Shown here one piece after another: positions 1 to 12,331 of a stretch of DNA of 64,000 nt. Positions within the stretch are counted from its first letter, which is position 1. Each line of letters starts with the position of its first letter. Origin of the DNA: Malacoraja senta. Taxonomy: Eukaryota. Both the position numbers and the translations under genes were made by a program. Under the pieces are notes generated by a model, which had not been told where the DNA came from, did no database searches, and saw only the letters and a program-made list of their open reading frames with translations. The stretch is from assembly GCA_038087875.1 (NCBI GenBank), contig CM075981.1, positions 744,001-808,000 on the forward strand, in the 5' to 3' direction.

Positions 1-950
1 ATGAACCAGTTGTGGCAGTTCAAAGCTCTGCCTAATGGGTTAATATCTGCACCCAGAATATTCACAAAATTGTTAAAACCAATTCTGGGCTTGCTGAGTA
101 GCCAGGGGCATGTACTAATGGCATATTTGGATGATGTCTTATTTATAGGAAAGACAAAACAGTCAACAGAAGTATCTGTTGCAGTTGTGAAATCAACTTT
201 TGAAAATTTGGGGTTTCTAATTCATCCACAGAAATCTAGGTTAACACCATGTACCTCTATTAATTATTTGGGGTTCACAATTGATTCAGTCCAAATGAAT
301 ATTACTTTGCCCAGGGAAAAGGGTGGATTTGATTAAAGATTGCAGTAATCTCCTAAACGAGCAAAAACCTTCAATTAGACAGGTGGCTCGTGTACTGGGA
401 AAATTAGTAGCAGCATTCCCAGCAGTCCAATTCGGACCATTACATTATCAACAGCTGCAGAGACTTAAAGAACAGGCACCGAGAATGCATGTTGGTCATT
501 TTGATAGAACCATGCAACTAACAACAAATGCTGTTTCTGATCTGCAGTGGTGGATTCTACATGTCTCAAGCAGTTCCAGCAAAGTGCTGATTGAACAACC
601 TTCCATGATATTACAAACTGATGCCAGTGCACCAGGATGGGGTGCAACTGACTTAACATCTAGCTGAGAAGGCAGATGGAATCAGGAAGAGTCATTGTTA
701 CTGCAGACATGGGGAATTAACTATTTGGAGCTTCTAGGATGTTTCTATGGGCTCCAAGCTTATTGTTCTAACACAACTAATAAGCATGTTCAAGTTCAAC
801 AACAGTAGTTGTTTATATTAATGATATGGAATTAAGTCGGTGTCTTGTGACAAAATGGTTAATCAACTTTGGGCTTGGTGTATTGAAAAGAACATTTGGA
901 TTTCAGCTATCTATCTACCAGGTAGAATGAACGCTAGCAGACACCAGGTC
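1..950 (+). pseudogene. DIRS reverse transcriptase-RNase H, frameshifted
   Basis: LPNGLISAPRIFTKLLKP, AYLDDVL and LQTDASAPGWG motifs split over frames, with stops. Confidence 0.88.
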
Positions 951-979
951 ACGAAAAGTTCCATGATAATAAAGAATGG

Positions 980-1360
980 ATGTTGAATCAAGGGGTATTC
1001 AATGATATAGTCATCAGATTTGGAATGACCGACATCGACTTGAATCATCAGCTATCGAGATATGTCTCATGGAAACCAGATCCAGGAGCAGTGGCGATTG
1101 ATGCTTTCTCGCTACATTGGGGTGGTATGTTTTCATATATATTTCCACCTTTCTGCTTCATAAGCCAATGTTTGCTTAAAATCAGGCAAGATGCTGCTTC
1201 AAGGGTATTGGTAGTACCAGATTGGCCTACACAGCCATGGTATCCGTTGATATTAGAATTTACAACACAAATGTTGATGAAAGTCCCAAAAAAGAGTAAT
1301 TTATTGCTGTACCCTGTACAGGGGAACAACATCCATTATATGATCGTTTGGATTTGTTGA
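980..1360 (+). pseudogene. DIRS-associated DNA adenine-methyltransferase-like domain
   Basis: IDAFSLHW..YIFPPF..VVPDWPTQPWYP, typical of the MT domain downstream of RNase H in DIRS1 elements. Confidence 0.75.
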
Positions 1361-1379
1361 TTTGCAGGTTTTAAGAATG

Positions 1380-2339
1380 CCTTTTCTGGGACGAGGACTG
1401 TCTGAGCATACTGTGGACATGCTTACGGCAGCCTGGAGGAAGAGCACTCAAAAACAGTACCTTTCTTATATTAAGAAATGGGAAGAGTTCTGGGTACAAA
1501 AGAATGTGCAATAAAGTACTGCAGATATTTCAAATGTTTAGAATTTCTGTCAAAACTTTATTATGATGAAGGTCTGAGTTGTAGTGCAATTAATTCAGCC
1601 AGAAGTGCATTGTCCTCATATTTGGTTCTGGATTCAGAAAGAAACTCAATTGGGTCACACCCAATTGTTTCCAGACTAATGAAAGGAATCTTTAATTCCA
1701 AACCACCGAAACCTAGGTACGTGACAATCTGGGATGTAAGTGTGGTACTGAAACTACTTCGTGATGGTCATCAAGTGTGTCTTTACCTTTGGTCAAGCTC
1801 AGTATGAAAGTATTCATGTTTATGGCATGAGTGACAGCACAACGAGTGCAAACACTTGGAAAATTACAAATAGACAGTATGGAAGTAACTAAAGACAAGG
1901 TTACATTCTATATCTATGACCTACTAAAGCAAATTAGGCCAGGTGTGACAGGATTTAAAATTATGCTAGCAGCATATCCAAATGATCCATGTCTCTGTAT
2001 TAAGACATATTTATTACAATACATTGAGGTCACAAAGAATTTGAGAATACGGAAACTGGGTTTTTGATCACACACAAGAAACCACACAAGAGAGTTTCAA
2101 TACAGACTATTTCCAGATGGATAAAAGAAGTCTTAACAGCTGCTGGTATTAACACTTATGATTTTACGTCTCACTCGACTAGGGCAGCAGAAATGTCGGC
2201 GGCCAGGGCAAAAGACGGCCCCGTCGACCATATCCTCGCAGCCGCCGGGTGGTCCAATGAGTTGATGTTTCAACATTTTTACCATCGGCCTATTGTTAAT
2301 GCGGGGTTGTTTGCAGAAACTATTTTAAGTTCTGTGTAA
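1380..2339 (+). pseudogene. DIRS tyrosine recombinase, frameshifted
   Basis: ORF pieces 1478..1807, 1831..2067 and 2064..2339 carry SARSALS, HSTRAA (HxxR), AGWS and FQHFY catalytic motifs. Confidence 0.88.
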
Positions 2340-2543
2340 ATTCCTCTGGTTTAAAGGGGATCTGATTCATTTCATTCTTGAAATGAATTACTGCATTTGT
2401 GGTACAAATGTTATTATGAATGCATGATTGATTATTCTCGTTCCGAGTCAATCTATGCAGTGAGAAGCCAGGATTGATCCACGGCATGAAATCACAAAGC
2501 TTTAAAATCTTCACGTAGTCACTCACGTGACTCCGAAGTAAAA

Positions 2544-2851
2544 TAGTAAGATTAAACAAGAACTTACCTAAGTTTGAAGTTTGATCTTTATTTTATGAGG
2601 AGTTACGTAGGTGATTACGTGCCCACCACGACCCTACCCTCTATCATAAAGGTCAGATGGAAGTTCTTGTCTTACTCGTTTTAGTATGAGACTATATTAC
2701 TTCGGTTGTTGTTTTTTGTGATTTCACACTGCTGCTTTGAAGATTGACGCGCAGGCGCACTGGCGGGGTTCTTCACGTAATCACCTACGTAACTCCTCAT
2801 AAAATAAAGATCAAACTTCAAACTTAGGTAAGTTCTCGTTTAATCTTACTA
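2544..2851. repeat. 78-bp inverted repeat (DIRS internal complementary region versus right terminus)
   Basis: 2544-2621 is the reverse complement of 2774-2851 with one mismatch. Confidence 0.9.
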
Positions 2852-2916
2852 TCCTTTTCCCTAACCTCCGTCCCTATCCACATATATATATTGTTTCTCC
2901 CAGCTTCACATTTCAT

Positions 2917-4964
2917 AGAAACATAGAAACATAGAAAATAGGTGCAGGAGGAGGTCATTCGGACCTTCGAGCCTGCACCGCCATTCAATATGATCATGGC
3001 TGATCATCCAACTCAGTATACTGTACCTGCCTTCTCTCCATACCCCCTGATCCCTTTAGCCACAAGGGCCACATCTAACTCCCTCTTAAATATAGCCAAT
3101 GAACTGGCCTCAACGACCTTCTGTGGCAGAGAATTCCAGAGATTCACCACTCTCTGTGTGAAAAATGTATTTCTCATCTCGGTCCTAAAGGATTTCCCCC
3201 TAATCCTTAAACTGTGACCCCTTGTTCTGGACTTCCCCAACATCGGGAACAATCTTCCTGCATCTAGCCTGTCCAACCCCTTAAGAATTTTGTAAGTTTC
3301 TATAAGATCCCCCCTCAATCTTCTAAATTCTAGCGAGTACAAGCCGAGTCTATCCAGTCTTTCTTCATATGAAAGTCCTGACATCCCAGGAATCAGTCTG
3401 GTGAACCTTCTCTGTAATCCTTCTATGGCAAGAATGTCTTTCTTCAGATTTGGAGACCAAAACTGTACGCAATACTCCAGGTGTAGTCTCACCAAGACCA
3501 TGTACAACTGCAGTAGAACCTCCCTGCTCCTATACTCAAATCCTTTTGCTATGAATGCTAACATACCATTCGTTTTCTTCACTGCCTGCTGCACCTGCAT
3601 GCCTACTTTCATTGACTGGTGTACCATGACACCCAGGTCTCGTTGCATCTCCCCTTTTCCTAATCGGCCACCATTCAGATAATAGTCTACTTTCCTGTTT
3701 TTGCCACCAAAATGGATAACCTCACATTTATCCACATTATACTGCATCTACCATGCATTTGCCCACTCACCCAGCCTATCCAAGTCACCTTGCAGCCTCC
3801 TAGCATCCTCCTCACAGCTAACACTGCCTCCCAGCTTCGTGTCATACCCAAATTTGGAGATGTTGCATTCAATTCCCTCGTCCAAATCATTAATATAAAT
3901 TGTAAATAACTGGGGTCCCAGCACTGAGCCTTGCGGTACCCCACTAGTCACTGCCTGCCATTCTGAAAAGGACCCGTTTACTCCTGCTCTTTGCTTCCTG
4001 TCTTCCAGCCAGTTCTCTATCCAAAATCAATACTGAACCCCCAATACCAAGTGCTTTAAGTTTGTATACTAATCTCTTATGTGGGACCTTGTCATAAGCC
4101 TTCTGAAAGTCCAGATATAACACATCCACTGGTTCTCCCTTATCCACTCTACTAGTTACATCCTCGAAAAATTCTATAAGATTCGTCAGACATGATTTAC
4201 CTTTCATAAATCCATGCTGACTTTGTCCAATGATTTCACCACTTTGCAAATGTGCTGCTATCCCATCTTTAATAACTGACTCTAGCAGTTTCCCCACTAC
4301 CGATGTTAGACTAACTGGTCTGTAATTCCCTGATTTCTCTCTCCCTCCCTTTTTAAAAAGTGGGGTTACATTAGCTACCCTCCAATCCTCAGGAACTACT
4401 CCAGAATCTAAAGAGTTTTGAAAAATTATCACTAATGCATCCACTATTTCTGGGGCTACTTCCTTAAGTACTCTGGGATGCAGCCTATCTGGCCCTGGGG
4501 ATTTATCGGCCTTTAATCCATTCAATTTACCTGACACCACTTCCCGGCTAACCTGGAATTCACTCAGTTCCTCCATCTCATTTGATCCCCGGTCCCCTGC
4601 TATTTCCTGCAGATTATTTATGTCTTCATTAGTGAAGACAGAACCAAAGTAGTTATTCAATTGGTCTGCCATGTCCTTGTTCCCCATGATCAATTCACCT
4701 GTTTCTGACTACAAGGGACCTACATTTGTTTTAACTAATCTTTTTCTCTTCACATACCTATAAAAACATTTGCAGTCAGTTTTTATGTTCCCTGACAGTT
4801 TTCTTTCATAATCTATTTTCCCTTTCCTAATTAAGCCCTTTTTCCTCCTCTGCTGGACTTTGAATTTCTCCCAGTCCTCTGGTAGGCTGGTAGGCTGCTT
4901 TTTCTGGCTAATTTGTACGCTTCATCTTTTGTTTTGATACTATCCCTGATTTCCCTTGTTATTG
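2917..4964 (-). mobile_element. CR1-clade LINE, 5'-truncated, with TTTCAT target-site duplication
   Basis: RT ORF pieces 3013..3747, 3748..3951 and 3944..4693; (CATAGAAA)n tail at 2914-2938; TTTCAT at 2911-2916 and 4965-4970; empty site in the paralog near 9793. Confidence 0.92.
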
Positions 4965-5589
4965 TTTCATGCCTCTTCTCTCCATCTCACAGCCTTTTAT
5001 CTTCTTTACATCTCTGGCCTTCATCCACCCATCAACCAATAACCCTCTCTCCCTCACCTGTATCCACCTATCACTTGCCAGGTTTCATCCTTCCCTCACC
5101 TCTCTCCCAGCTTTCTCCGCCCTATTACAATCAGGCTGAAGTAGGGTCCCAACCCAAAACGTCACGTATCCATGTTCTCTGGAGATGCTGCCTGGCCCAT
5201 TTACTCCAGCATTAAATGTCTGTTTTGGTGAAATAGGAAGTTGTGAACTTGATAAGAAGATTTGAAAACCAGTGTAAATATTTTGAAACCAGGTCAATGA
5301 TTCCACGGGTTAGTGTTGTTATGACAGTATGCAGGGTGGGTTATCAGATCTGTGAGGTATGGAGAACCATGGTCAAGTCCAAATCCACCCACATGTCACA
5401 GTGCCAGGGTGAATGGTGAGTGGGGCAGAGCAGGGCGGGGCACTGGCACCAGTTATATTCATAGTCATATAGCACAGAAACAGGCCCTTCTTCCCAACTT
5501 GACCATGCTGACCAAACTGCCCACCTGCACTAGTAGTAGTGTAGTTACTATATGTAGTGTACCCCAGCGGTATGAACATTGACTTACGC

Positions 5590-5830
5590 AATTTCAGGGA
5601 GTCCTTGCTTTCTCCCTCATTCCCCTCCCCTTCCCAGCTCTCTCACAGCCTACAGTCTCCGCCTCTCCCTTGCTCCTTCCCGCCCTCCCCACCTCCACAT
5701 CAGTCTGAAGAATGGTCTCGACCCGAAACATCACCTATTCCTTCACTCCATAGATGCTGCCTCACACGCTGAGTTTCTCAAGCATTTTTGTCTACCTTCG
5801 ATTATTCCAGCATCTGCAGTTCTTTCTTAA
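5590..5830 (+). mobile_element. Penelope-derived non-autonomous repeat with hammerhead-like core
   Basis: CTGAAGA-atggtctcgaccc-GAAA-catc at 5705-5732 followed by the gatgctgcc..gagtttctc..agca arm shared by this family. Confidence 0.55.
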
Positions 5831-5837
5831 TCCTACA

Positions 5838-6149
5838 CTAGTTTAGTTTAGTTTAGAGATACAGCGTGGAAACTGGCACTTCAGCCCACCGAGTCCGCAC
5901 CGAACAGCGATCCCCACGCATTCACACTATCCTCCACCCACTGGGGACTGTTTACACTTATACCAAGCCAACTAACCTACTAACCTATACATTTTTGGAG
6001 TGTGGGAGGAAACTGAAGATCTCAGAGACAACCCAGGCGGTCACGGGGATAACGTACAAACTCCATAAAGACAGCAACCCTAGTCAGGATCGAACCCGAC
6101 TGTAAACGCTGTAAGGCAGCAGTTCTACCACTGCTCTACCATGCCGCCC
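5838..6149 (-). mobile_element. tRNA-derived SINE (HE1/V-SINE-like)
   Basis: tRNA-like head with A and B boxes on the minus strand, central core and (AAACT)n tail. Confidence 0.8.
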
Positions 6150-6429
6150 TAGTCCACTAGTCCCACTTGCCCGCGTTTGACCTGGTGTTGTGAGGCAGCA
6201 ACTCTACCGCTGCGCTACTATGCTATCCTAATGTCAGTGTTGTAAACAGATAAATGCCTCACATTAGTGTACTGTGACGCTACTGGAGTAGAAGGGGTAA
6301 CTCTCTGCACTAAACAAGAGTGAGGGTTAACTTCCCGATTCACCCTCAGACACAGACCCATGACCTTGGTTTACCAGTAGAAATCCCTTCAAATGCTTTA
6401 ATGAAGTTATTTTCCAAAATAATTGCCAT

Positions 6430-6955
6430 ACACATAGTGATAGAGTGACACAGTGTGGAAACAGGCCCTTCAGCCCAACTTGCCCACACCAGCCAACTTG
6501 TCCCAGGCTAGCTACTCTAGTTCCACCTGCCCGCGTTTGCCCCATATCCCTCCAAAACTATCCTATCCAAGTACCCTATCTAACTGTTTCTTAAACGTTG
6601 GGATAGTCCCTGCCTCACTACCTTCTCTGGCAGTTTGTTCCATACACCCACCACCTTTGTGTGAAAAAGTTACCCCTCAGATTCCGATTTAATCTTTTCC
6701 CCTTCACATTACACCTATGTCCTCTGGTCCTCGATTCACCTGCGCTGGGCAAGAGACACTGTGCATCTACCCGATCTATTACTCTCATAATTTTATACAT
6801 CTCTATAAGATCACCCCTCATCCTCCTGCGCTCCAAGGAATAGAATCCCAGCCTACTCAACCTCTCTCTATAGCTCAGACCATGTAATCCTGGCAACATC
6901 CTCGTAAATCTTCTCTGTACCCTTTCCAGCTAGACAACATCTTTCCTATAACACG
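6430..6955 (-). mobile_element. CR1/L2-type LINE 3' fragment
   Basis: ORF 6618..6899 LSYRERLSRLGFYSLERRRMRGDLIE..RGNFFTQR. Confidence 0.75.
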
Positions 6956-8319
6956 ATGCTTTTGAAAGACCCATCTGGTTATTACATCAATTGATCACTA
7001 ATTACTGTTCTCACCTCTAATGACAAGAGCAGCTTAGGTTAACGAATAAAATATGTTTGTTAATAAACAGCCTTTTAAATGAAACCAGTTCCGCTGTTTG
7101 GCATAATTCTTTCCTAAAAGTTATACAATACATACAATACTTGGGGTGCTGTATCAGGTAATATGGTGAATGTAGCTACTTATTGCAGATCAGTGCTAGT
7201 TTTGATGTAGGAACAGGCCAGGATAACATGTAGGCTATGAAAAAGATTAGTTTGGTTTAGAGATACCGCATGGAAACAGGCCCATTGGCCCACTGAGTCC
7301 ATGCCGACCATTGATCACCTGTACACACTAGTTCTGTTATCCCACTCTTCTCATCCATTCCCCACACATTTGCGACAATCTTGCAGAGGTATTTAACCTA
7401 CACTCGCATGGATTAGGGATGTGGGAGGATGCCGGAACACCTGGAGGAAACCCACGATGTCACAGGGAGAACGTTCAAATTCCACACAGACAGCACCCGT
7501 AGTGAGGATCGAACCCGGGTCTCTGGCACTGTGAGGCAGCAGCTAACCGCAGCACCTCCGTGCTGCACTGAAGAGAGAGAACAGGCTTGCGAGAGCAGAC
7601 AGCAGAGCAGCAGGCCAGCCAAATGCCTCATCAGAGTGACAGCATCTGGAGTGGGAGTTGAACCCACAACACTCTGACTCCGTTTTTTTTTAAATTTCAA
7701 AATATAATTTATTTGAAGAAGAAATATATACAATACATGATCCTTACAAAACTCCATCCGACATTCTCGGAGGCGAAACATACATTCAATACTGTTTACA
7801 CAAATTACTCAAATTTACCCCACACCCTTGCCACTCATGTGGCCCACTGGCCTGGTATATCGTCCCAGCGTCCCTTATTTTGAGGGGCATCTCCACCACC
7901 CCCTGCCACAGACTGACCTTTCGCTGGATGTCTACGCTGGCCCTTGGTGTGGCTCAGTTAACCTGGGAAAGTCATCCAAGACAACCTCTAGAGACAGGGT
8001 GATGAATCTGTGCCCTAGCCTCAGAATAAAAGGACATACTTTGAGAAAGGAGATGAGAAGGAATTTCTTTAGTCAGAGGGTGGTGAAGCTGTGGAAATCA
8101 TTGCGACAGAAGGATGTGGAGGCCAAGTCAAAGGACATTTTTAAGGCGGAGATTGATAGATTCTTGATTAGTACTGGTGTCAGAGGATATGGGGAGAAGG
8201 CAGGAGAATGGGGTCGAGAGGGAAAGATAGATCAGCCATGATTGATTGAATGGCGGAGTGGACTTGATGGGCCGAATGTCCTAATTCTGATCTTATAACT
8301 TATGAACATGACCTAGATT

Positions 8320-8700
8320 GATCTGATCATCTATCTCCACACAGAGGCTCCTTGATCTTCAGTGGGGAGGGTGTGCTGCCTGTCCTATACCACTGTAGGA
8401 CATAGTGGCAGGATGAGGGGTGACCTCTGGAACTCAGCTCCAAACTTTTTATTTATCGTAGTCGCTGTCTCAAAAAGGCACCAATGTTTGCAGATACTTC
8501 TGTACATCCTGACATTCACCCAAAAGCAGCAGTACGTAGACTAGAACTCAAAGCTGGCTCTCCAGAATGTGAATTTTTAACTTTATTACAAATTGAATTG
8601 CCGTGTAAAACCCTGCACATTGAATTATGATTAAAATAATCCAATGCATATGAAGATGCTGAATTTTGTCATAAGGTCATAGATGACAGCGGTAGAATTA
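8320..8700 (+). other. Locus-specific conserved block (partial copy 37750-37950, inverted copy 62720-63100); possible terminal exon or 3' UTR
   Basis: Three similar non-repeat-like copies; acceptor-like ctccacacag| at 8344/8345; ATTAAA kept in all copies (8630-8635). Confidence 0.4.
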
Positions 8701-10944
8701 GGCCATTCAGCCCATCAAGTCTACACCATTCAATCATGGCTGATCTATCTCTCCCTCCAAACCCCATCCTCCTGCCTTCTCCCCATAACCTCTGACACCT
8801 GAACTAATTAAGAACCTATCTTTCTCTGCCTTAAAAATATACACTGACATTCTCTGGATACTTTCAAGAGAGAGCTAGATAGGGCTCTTAAAGATAGCAG
8901 AGCCAGGGGATCTGGGGAGAAGGCAGGAACGGGGTACTGATTGGGGATGATCAGCCATGATAACATAGAATGGCAGTGCTGGCTCGAGGGGCCGAATTGC
9001 CTACCTCCTGCACCTATTGTCTATTGTCTATTGTCTATTGTCTATTGAATTCCACCGATTCATCACCCTCTGACTAAAGGTTTATTGAGTAATTCTTTGC
9101 AATAATGCATCAGCAACTTGCATTTCAACAGTGCCTTAAAGGTGATGGAAAAGTCGCAAGGTTCTTCACAGCACCATTGTCAGTTAGAATTTGGCATCGA
9201 ATCACATGCTGGTTATAGATACAGCATGGAAACAGACCCTTCGGCCCACCGAGTCCACGCTGACCATCGATCACCCGTTCACACTAGTCCCAAGTTACAC
9301 TGCTTTTGCATGCACTCCCTACACATTGAGTGCAATTCGACAAGAGGGCCAATTAACCTACAAAGCCATATGTCTTTGGGATGTGGGAGGAAACTGGAGC
9401 ACCCAGAGGAGACCCATGCTGTCACAGGGAGAACGTGCATACTCCACACTGATAGCGCCGGAGGTCAGAATCAAACCTGGGTCTCTGGGGGTGGTTGCAG
9501 TTCTGCCTACAGCAACCCCAACCCCACAAATATCACCCAGAACAAGCCTCTCCATCACCAGTGTAGCAGTGTTACAACACAATGCGAGCAACTCATGTCA
9601 AAATAGGTTGAGAAACAGGAAGACACAAGGAAGTACAGTTGCAGTAATATCTGATAGTCCGCTTGGGTAGACTGCAACCCAGTGGTGGGAACATTGAATT
9701 TTCTAGTTTTAAGTAACTAACCCACAACAATCCTTTCCCCTAACCTCCATCCCTTTCCACATATATATATATATCCTTTCTTCCAGCTTCACATTTCATG
9801 CCTGCTCTCCATCTCACAGCCTTTTATCTTCTTTCCATCTCTGGCCTTCGTCCACCCATCAGCCAATAACCCTCTCTCCCTCACCTGTATCCACCTATCA
9901 CTTGCCAGGCTTCATCCTTCCCCCACCTCTCTCCCAGCTTTCTCCCCCCTACTACAATCAGCCTGAAGAAGGGTCCAAACCCAAAACGTCACCTATCCAT
10001 GTTCTCTGGAGATGCTGCCTGGCCCATTTACTCCAGCATTATATGATTGTTTTTGAGAAATATGAAGTTGTGAGGTTGGTAAGAAGATTTGAACACCAGT
10101 GTAAATATTTTGAAACCAAATCATTGACTCTACAGGTTAGGGTTGTTATGACTATGCAGGGTGGGTTATCAGATATGTGAGGTGTGGAGAACCATGGGCA
10201 AGTCCAAATCCACCCACATGTCACAGTGCCAGGGTGAAGGGTGAGTGGGGCAGAGCAGGGCGGGGCACTGGCACCAGAGTTAAATTCATAGAGTCATATA
10301 GCACAGAAACAGGCCCTTCTTCCCAACTTGACCATGCTGACCAAACTGTTTACCTACACTAGTTTAGTTTAGAGATACAGCGTGGAAACTGGCCCTTCAG
10401 CCCACCGAGTCCACACCAAACAGCAATCCCCACGCATTAACACTATCCTACACGCACTAGGGACTATTTACACCTATTCCAAGCCAACCAACCAACTAGC
10501 CTACACGTGTTTGGAGTTTTGGAGGAAACTGAAGATCACGGAGAAAACCCAGGCGGTCACGGGGAGAACATACAAACTCCATACAGATAGCACCCGTAGT
10601 CGGGATCAAACCCGACTGTAAGCGCTGTAAGGCAGCAGCTCTACCACTGCGCCACCGAGCCGCCCTAGTCCACTAGTCCCACTTGTCCGCGTTTGACCCA
10701 TCTCCTCTTATATTGAGTTTTTCAGGTGTTCTGCCTATTGTTCCAGATTCTAGTACATGCAATCTCCTTTGTCTTCTCCCTCACACAACCCTAATCCTAC
10801 CTGAACAATGTTATCTCACAGAAGGAGCAGCCAGAAGAAGTAGTGGAGACAGGTACTATTAACAACATTTAAAAGCATTAGGACATGGTACGTGGATACG
10901 AAAGGTTTGTAGGGACAGGGGTCAAATGCAGGCCTGGTTTTTAC

Positions 10945-11245
10945 GGTGGCACAGTCGTAGAGTTGCTGCCTTACATTGTATTACAGTGCCAGATACCCAG
11001 GTTCGATCCTGGCTACAGGTGCTTGTCTGTACATAGTCTGTACTTTCTCCCAGTGACCTGCGTGGGTTTTCTCCGAGAACTTCAGTTTCCACCCACACTC
11101 CAAAATGGTACAGGTTTGTAGGTTAATTGGGTTGATGTAAATGTAAACATTTGTGTTAAAGTGCGGGGATCACTGGATGGTGCGGATACGGTGGCCCAGA
11201 GGGCCTGTTTCCGCACTGTATCTCTAAACTAAACTAAACTAAAAA
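10945..11245 (+). mobile_element. tRNA-derived SINE (HE1-like)
   Basis: ggtggcacagtcgtagag head, ggttcgatcc B box, core and ctaaactaaa tail. Confidence 0.8.
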
Positions 11246-12089
11246 GGGACTAGCGCACATGGGACATATTGATTGGCATAGGGCAAGTTGTTTCCGTGCT
11301 GTATCACTCTATGATTTTATGAATCACATCCTCAAACTAAACTTTACCCGGTCTCCGATGCTCAAGTATTTGAATTGTCCTTCAAGTAGTTTGTCTGGTG
11401 ACATGAATTGACTTATCTGATTGCGTTTGGCAATAGAGTATAGACAATAGGTGCAGGAGTAGGCCATTCGGCCCTTCGAGTCAGCACCACCAATCAATGT
11501 GATCATGGCTGATCATCCACAATCAGTACCCCGTTCCTGCCTTCTCCCCATATCCCCTGACTCCGCTATCTTTAAGAGCACTATCTAGCTCTCTCTTGAA
11601 AGTATCCAGAGAACCGGCCTCCACCGCTCTCTGAGGCAGAGAATTCCACAGACTCACACCTCTCTGTGAGAAAAAGTTTTTCCTCATTTCCGTTCCATTG
11701 GTGTCTTATTTCTCCTGGGTAACGTTTCAACACATGAGAAGCTGAGGAAGGCTGGACAAATTAGTGACGCGCATTTTGAGGTGGGTAAACAGATCACAAG
11801 TTCACACGTTCCAGGAGTAGAATTTGGCCATTCAGCCCATCGAACATGGCTGATATCTGCCTCCTAATCCCATACAAGTTCAGACACAGTGTACCTGCAT
11901 TTGGGGGAGGGGGTTGAGGGGGTGGGCAAGGGAATGTTTGCGTTGGTGGACAGAGCGCCAGTCAAGTGGGCAAACGTCACCAGGATGAAGCAGAGCTTCG
12001 AGGCGATGCTCCAATCCAGGCAACTGGAGAGCGTTGCAGCGCACTCTTGATAGGTGCATTGTCCGTGGTGAGGAGGCTGGGGGAGGTGG

Positions 12090-12234
12090 CAAGTGAGTCA
12101 CCAAGTTAGTCTCGAACCACTGCAAAGTCGTTTCCTGAGTAAACGGAAATTGACTGTTTGACTTCTGTTGTGAATGAGGAAGAGGACAACTCAAACGCAG
12201 TGCAGGGACCAAACCGATCCAACGTAGCCGAGAC
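12090..12234 (+). promoter_or_regulatory. Putative TATA-less leukocyte-type promoter of receptor gene A
   Basis: AP-1 TGAGTCA at 12094-12100, Ets-like CGGAAA, and PU.1-like GAGGAA at 12176-12181 just upstream of the leader ATG; the proximal part is conserved at 40260-40321. Motif match only. Confidence 0.35.
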
Positions 12235-12331
12235 ATGGCGGTGGGACAGGGAGAATTCACCCACCAGAAACGGCCCAGATCCAGGGGAACAGTCGCTCTG
12301 TTGGTTCTTGTCGCTGTTGGTCTCACACCAG
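12235..12331 (+). CDS. Leader exon, CD300/pIgR-like receptor gene A (MAVGQGEFTHQKRPRSRGTVALLVLVAVGLTP-G)
   Basis: ATG, hydrophobic core and phase-1 donor CAG|GTAAAT matching the phase-1 V exons; near-identical paralog at 40322-40418. Confidence 0.8.

Larger units (their letters stand above)
1..2851 (+). mobile_element. DIRS1-like tyrosine-recombinase retrotransposon, degenerate; 5' part outside the window
   Basis: RT (YLDD at 1..336), RNase H (TDAS..GWG at 323..667), methyltransferase-like ORF and tyrosine recombinase fragments in DIRS order, ending in an internal complementary region and terminal inverted repeat; the flank after 2851 matches the uninterrupted paralog at 9731. Confidence 0.92.
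2852..6190 (+). repeat. Local segmental duplication, paralogous to 9731-10700
   Basis: Colinear match of unique and repeat sequence (tcctt..cctaacctcc..cagcttcacatttcat; gcagggtgggttatcagat..ggcactggcaccag) once the CR1 at 2917-4964 is removed. Confidence 0.85.

Noticed and set aside
3401-3944. Antisense or alternative-frame ORFs over CR1, L1, Tc1 and SINE copies throughout the window
   Set aside because: They are shadows of repeat sequence and recur wherever the repeat recurs.
5352-5420. GTGAGT donor in the duplicated 5.2/10.1-kb block as a leader exon
   Set aside because: No ATG gives a hydrophobic phase-1 leader; the real leaders are at 12235 and 40322.
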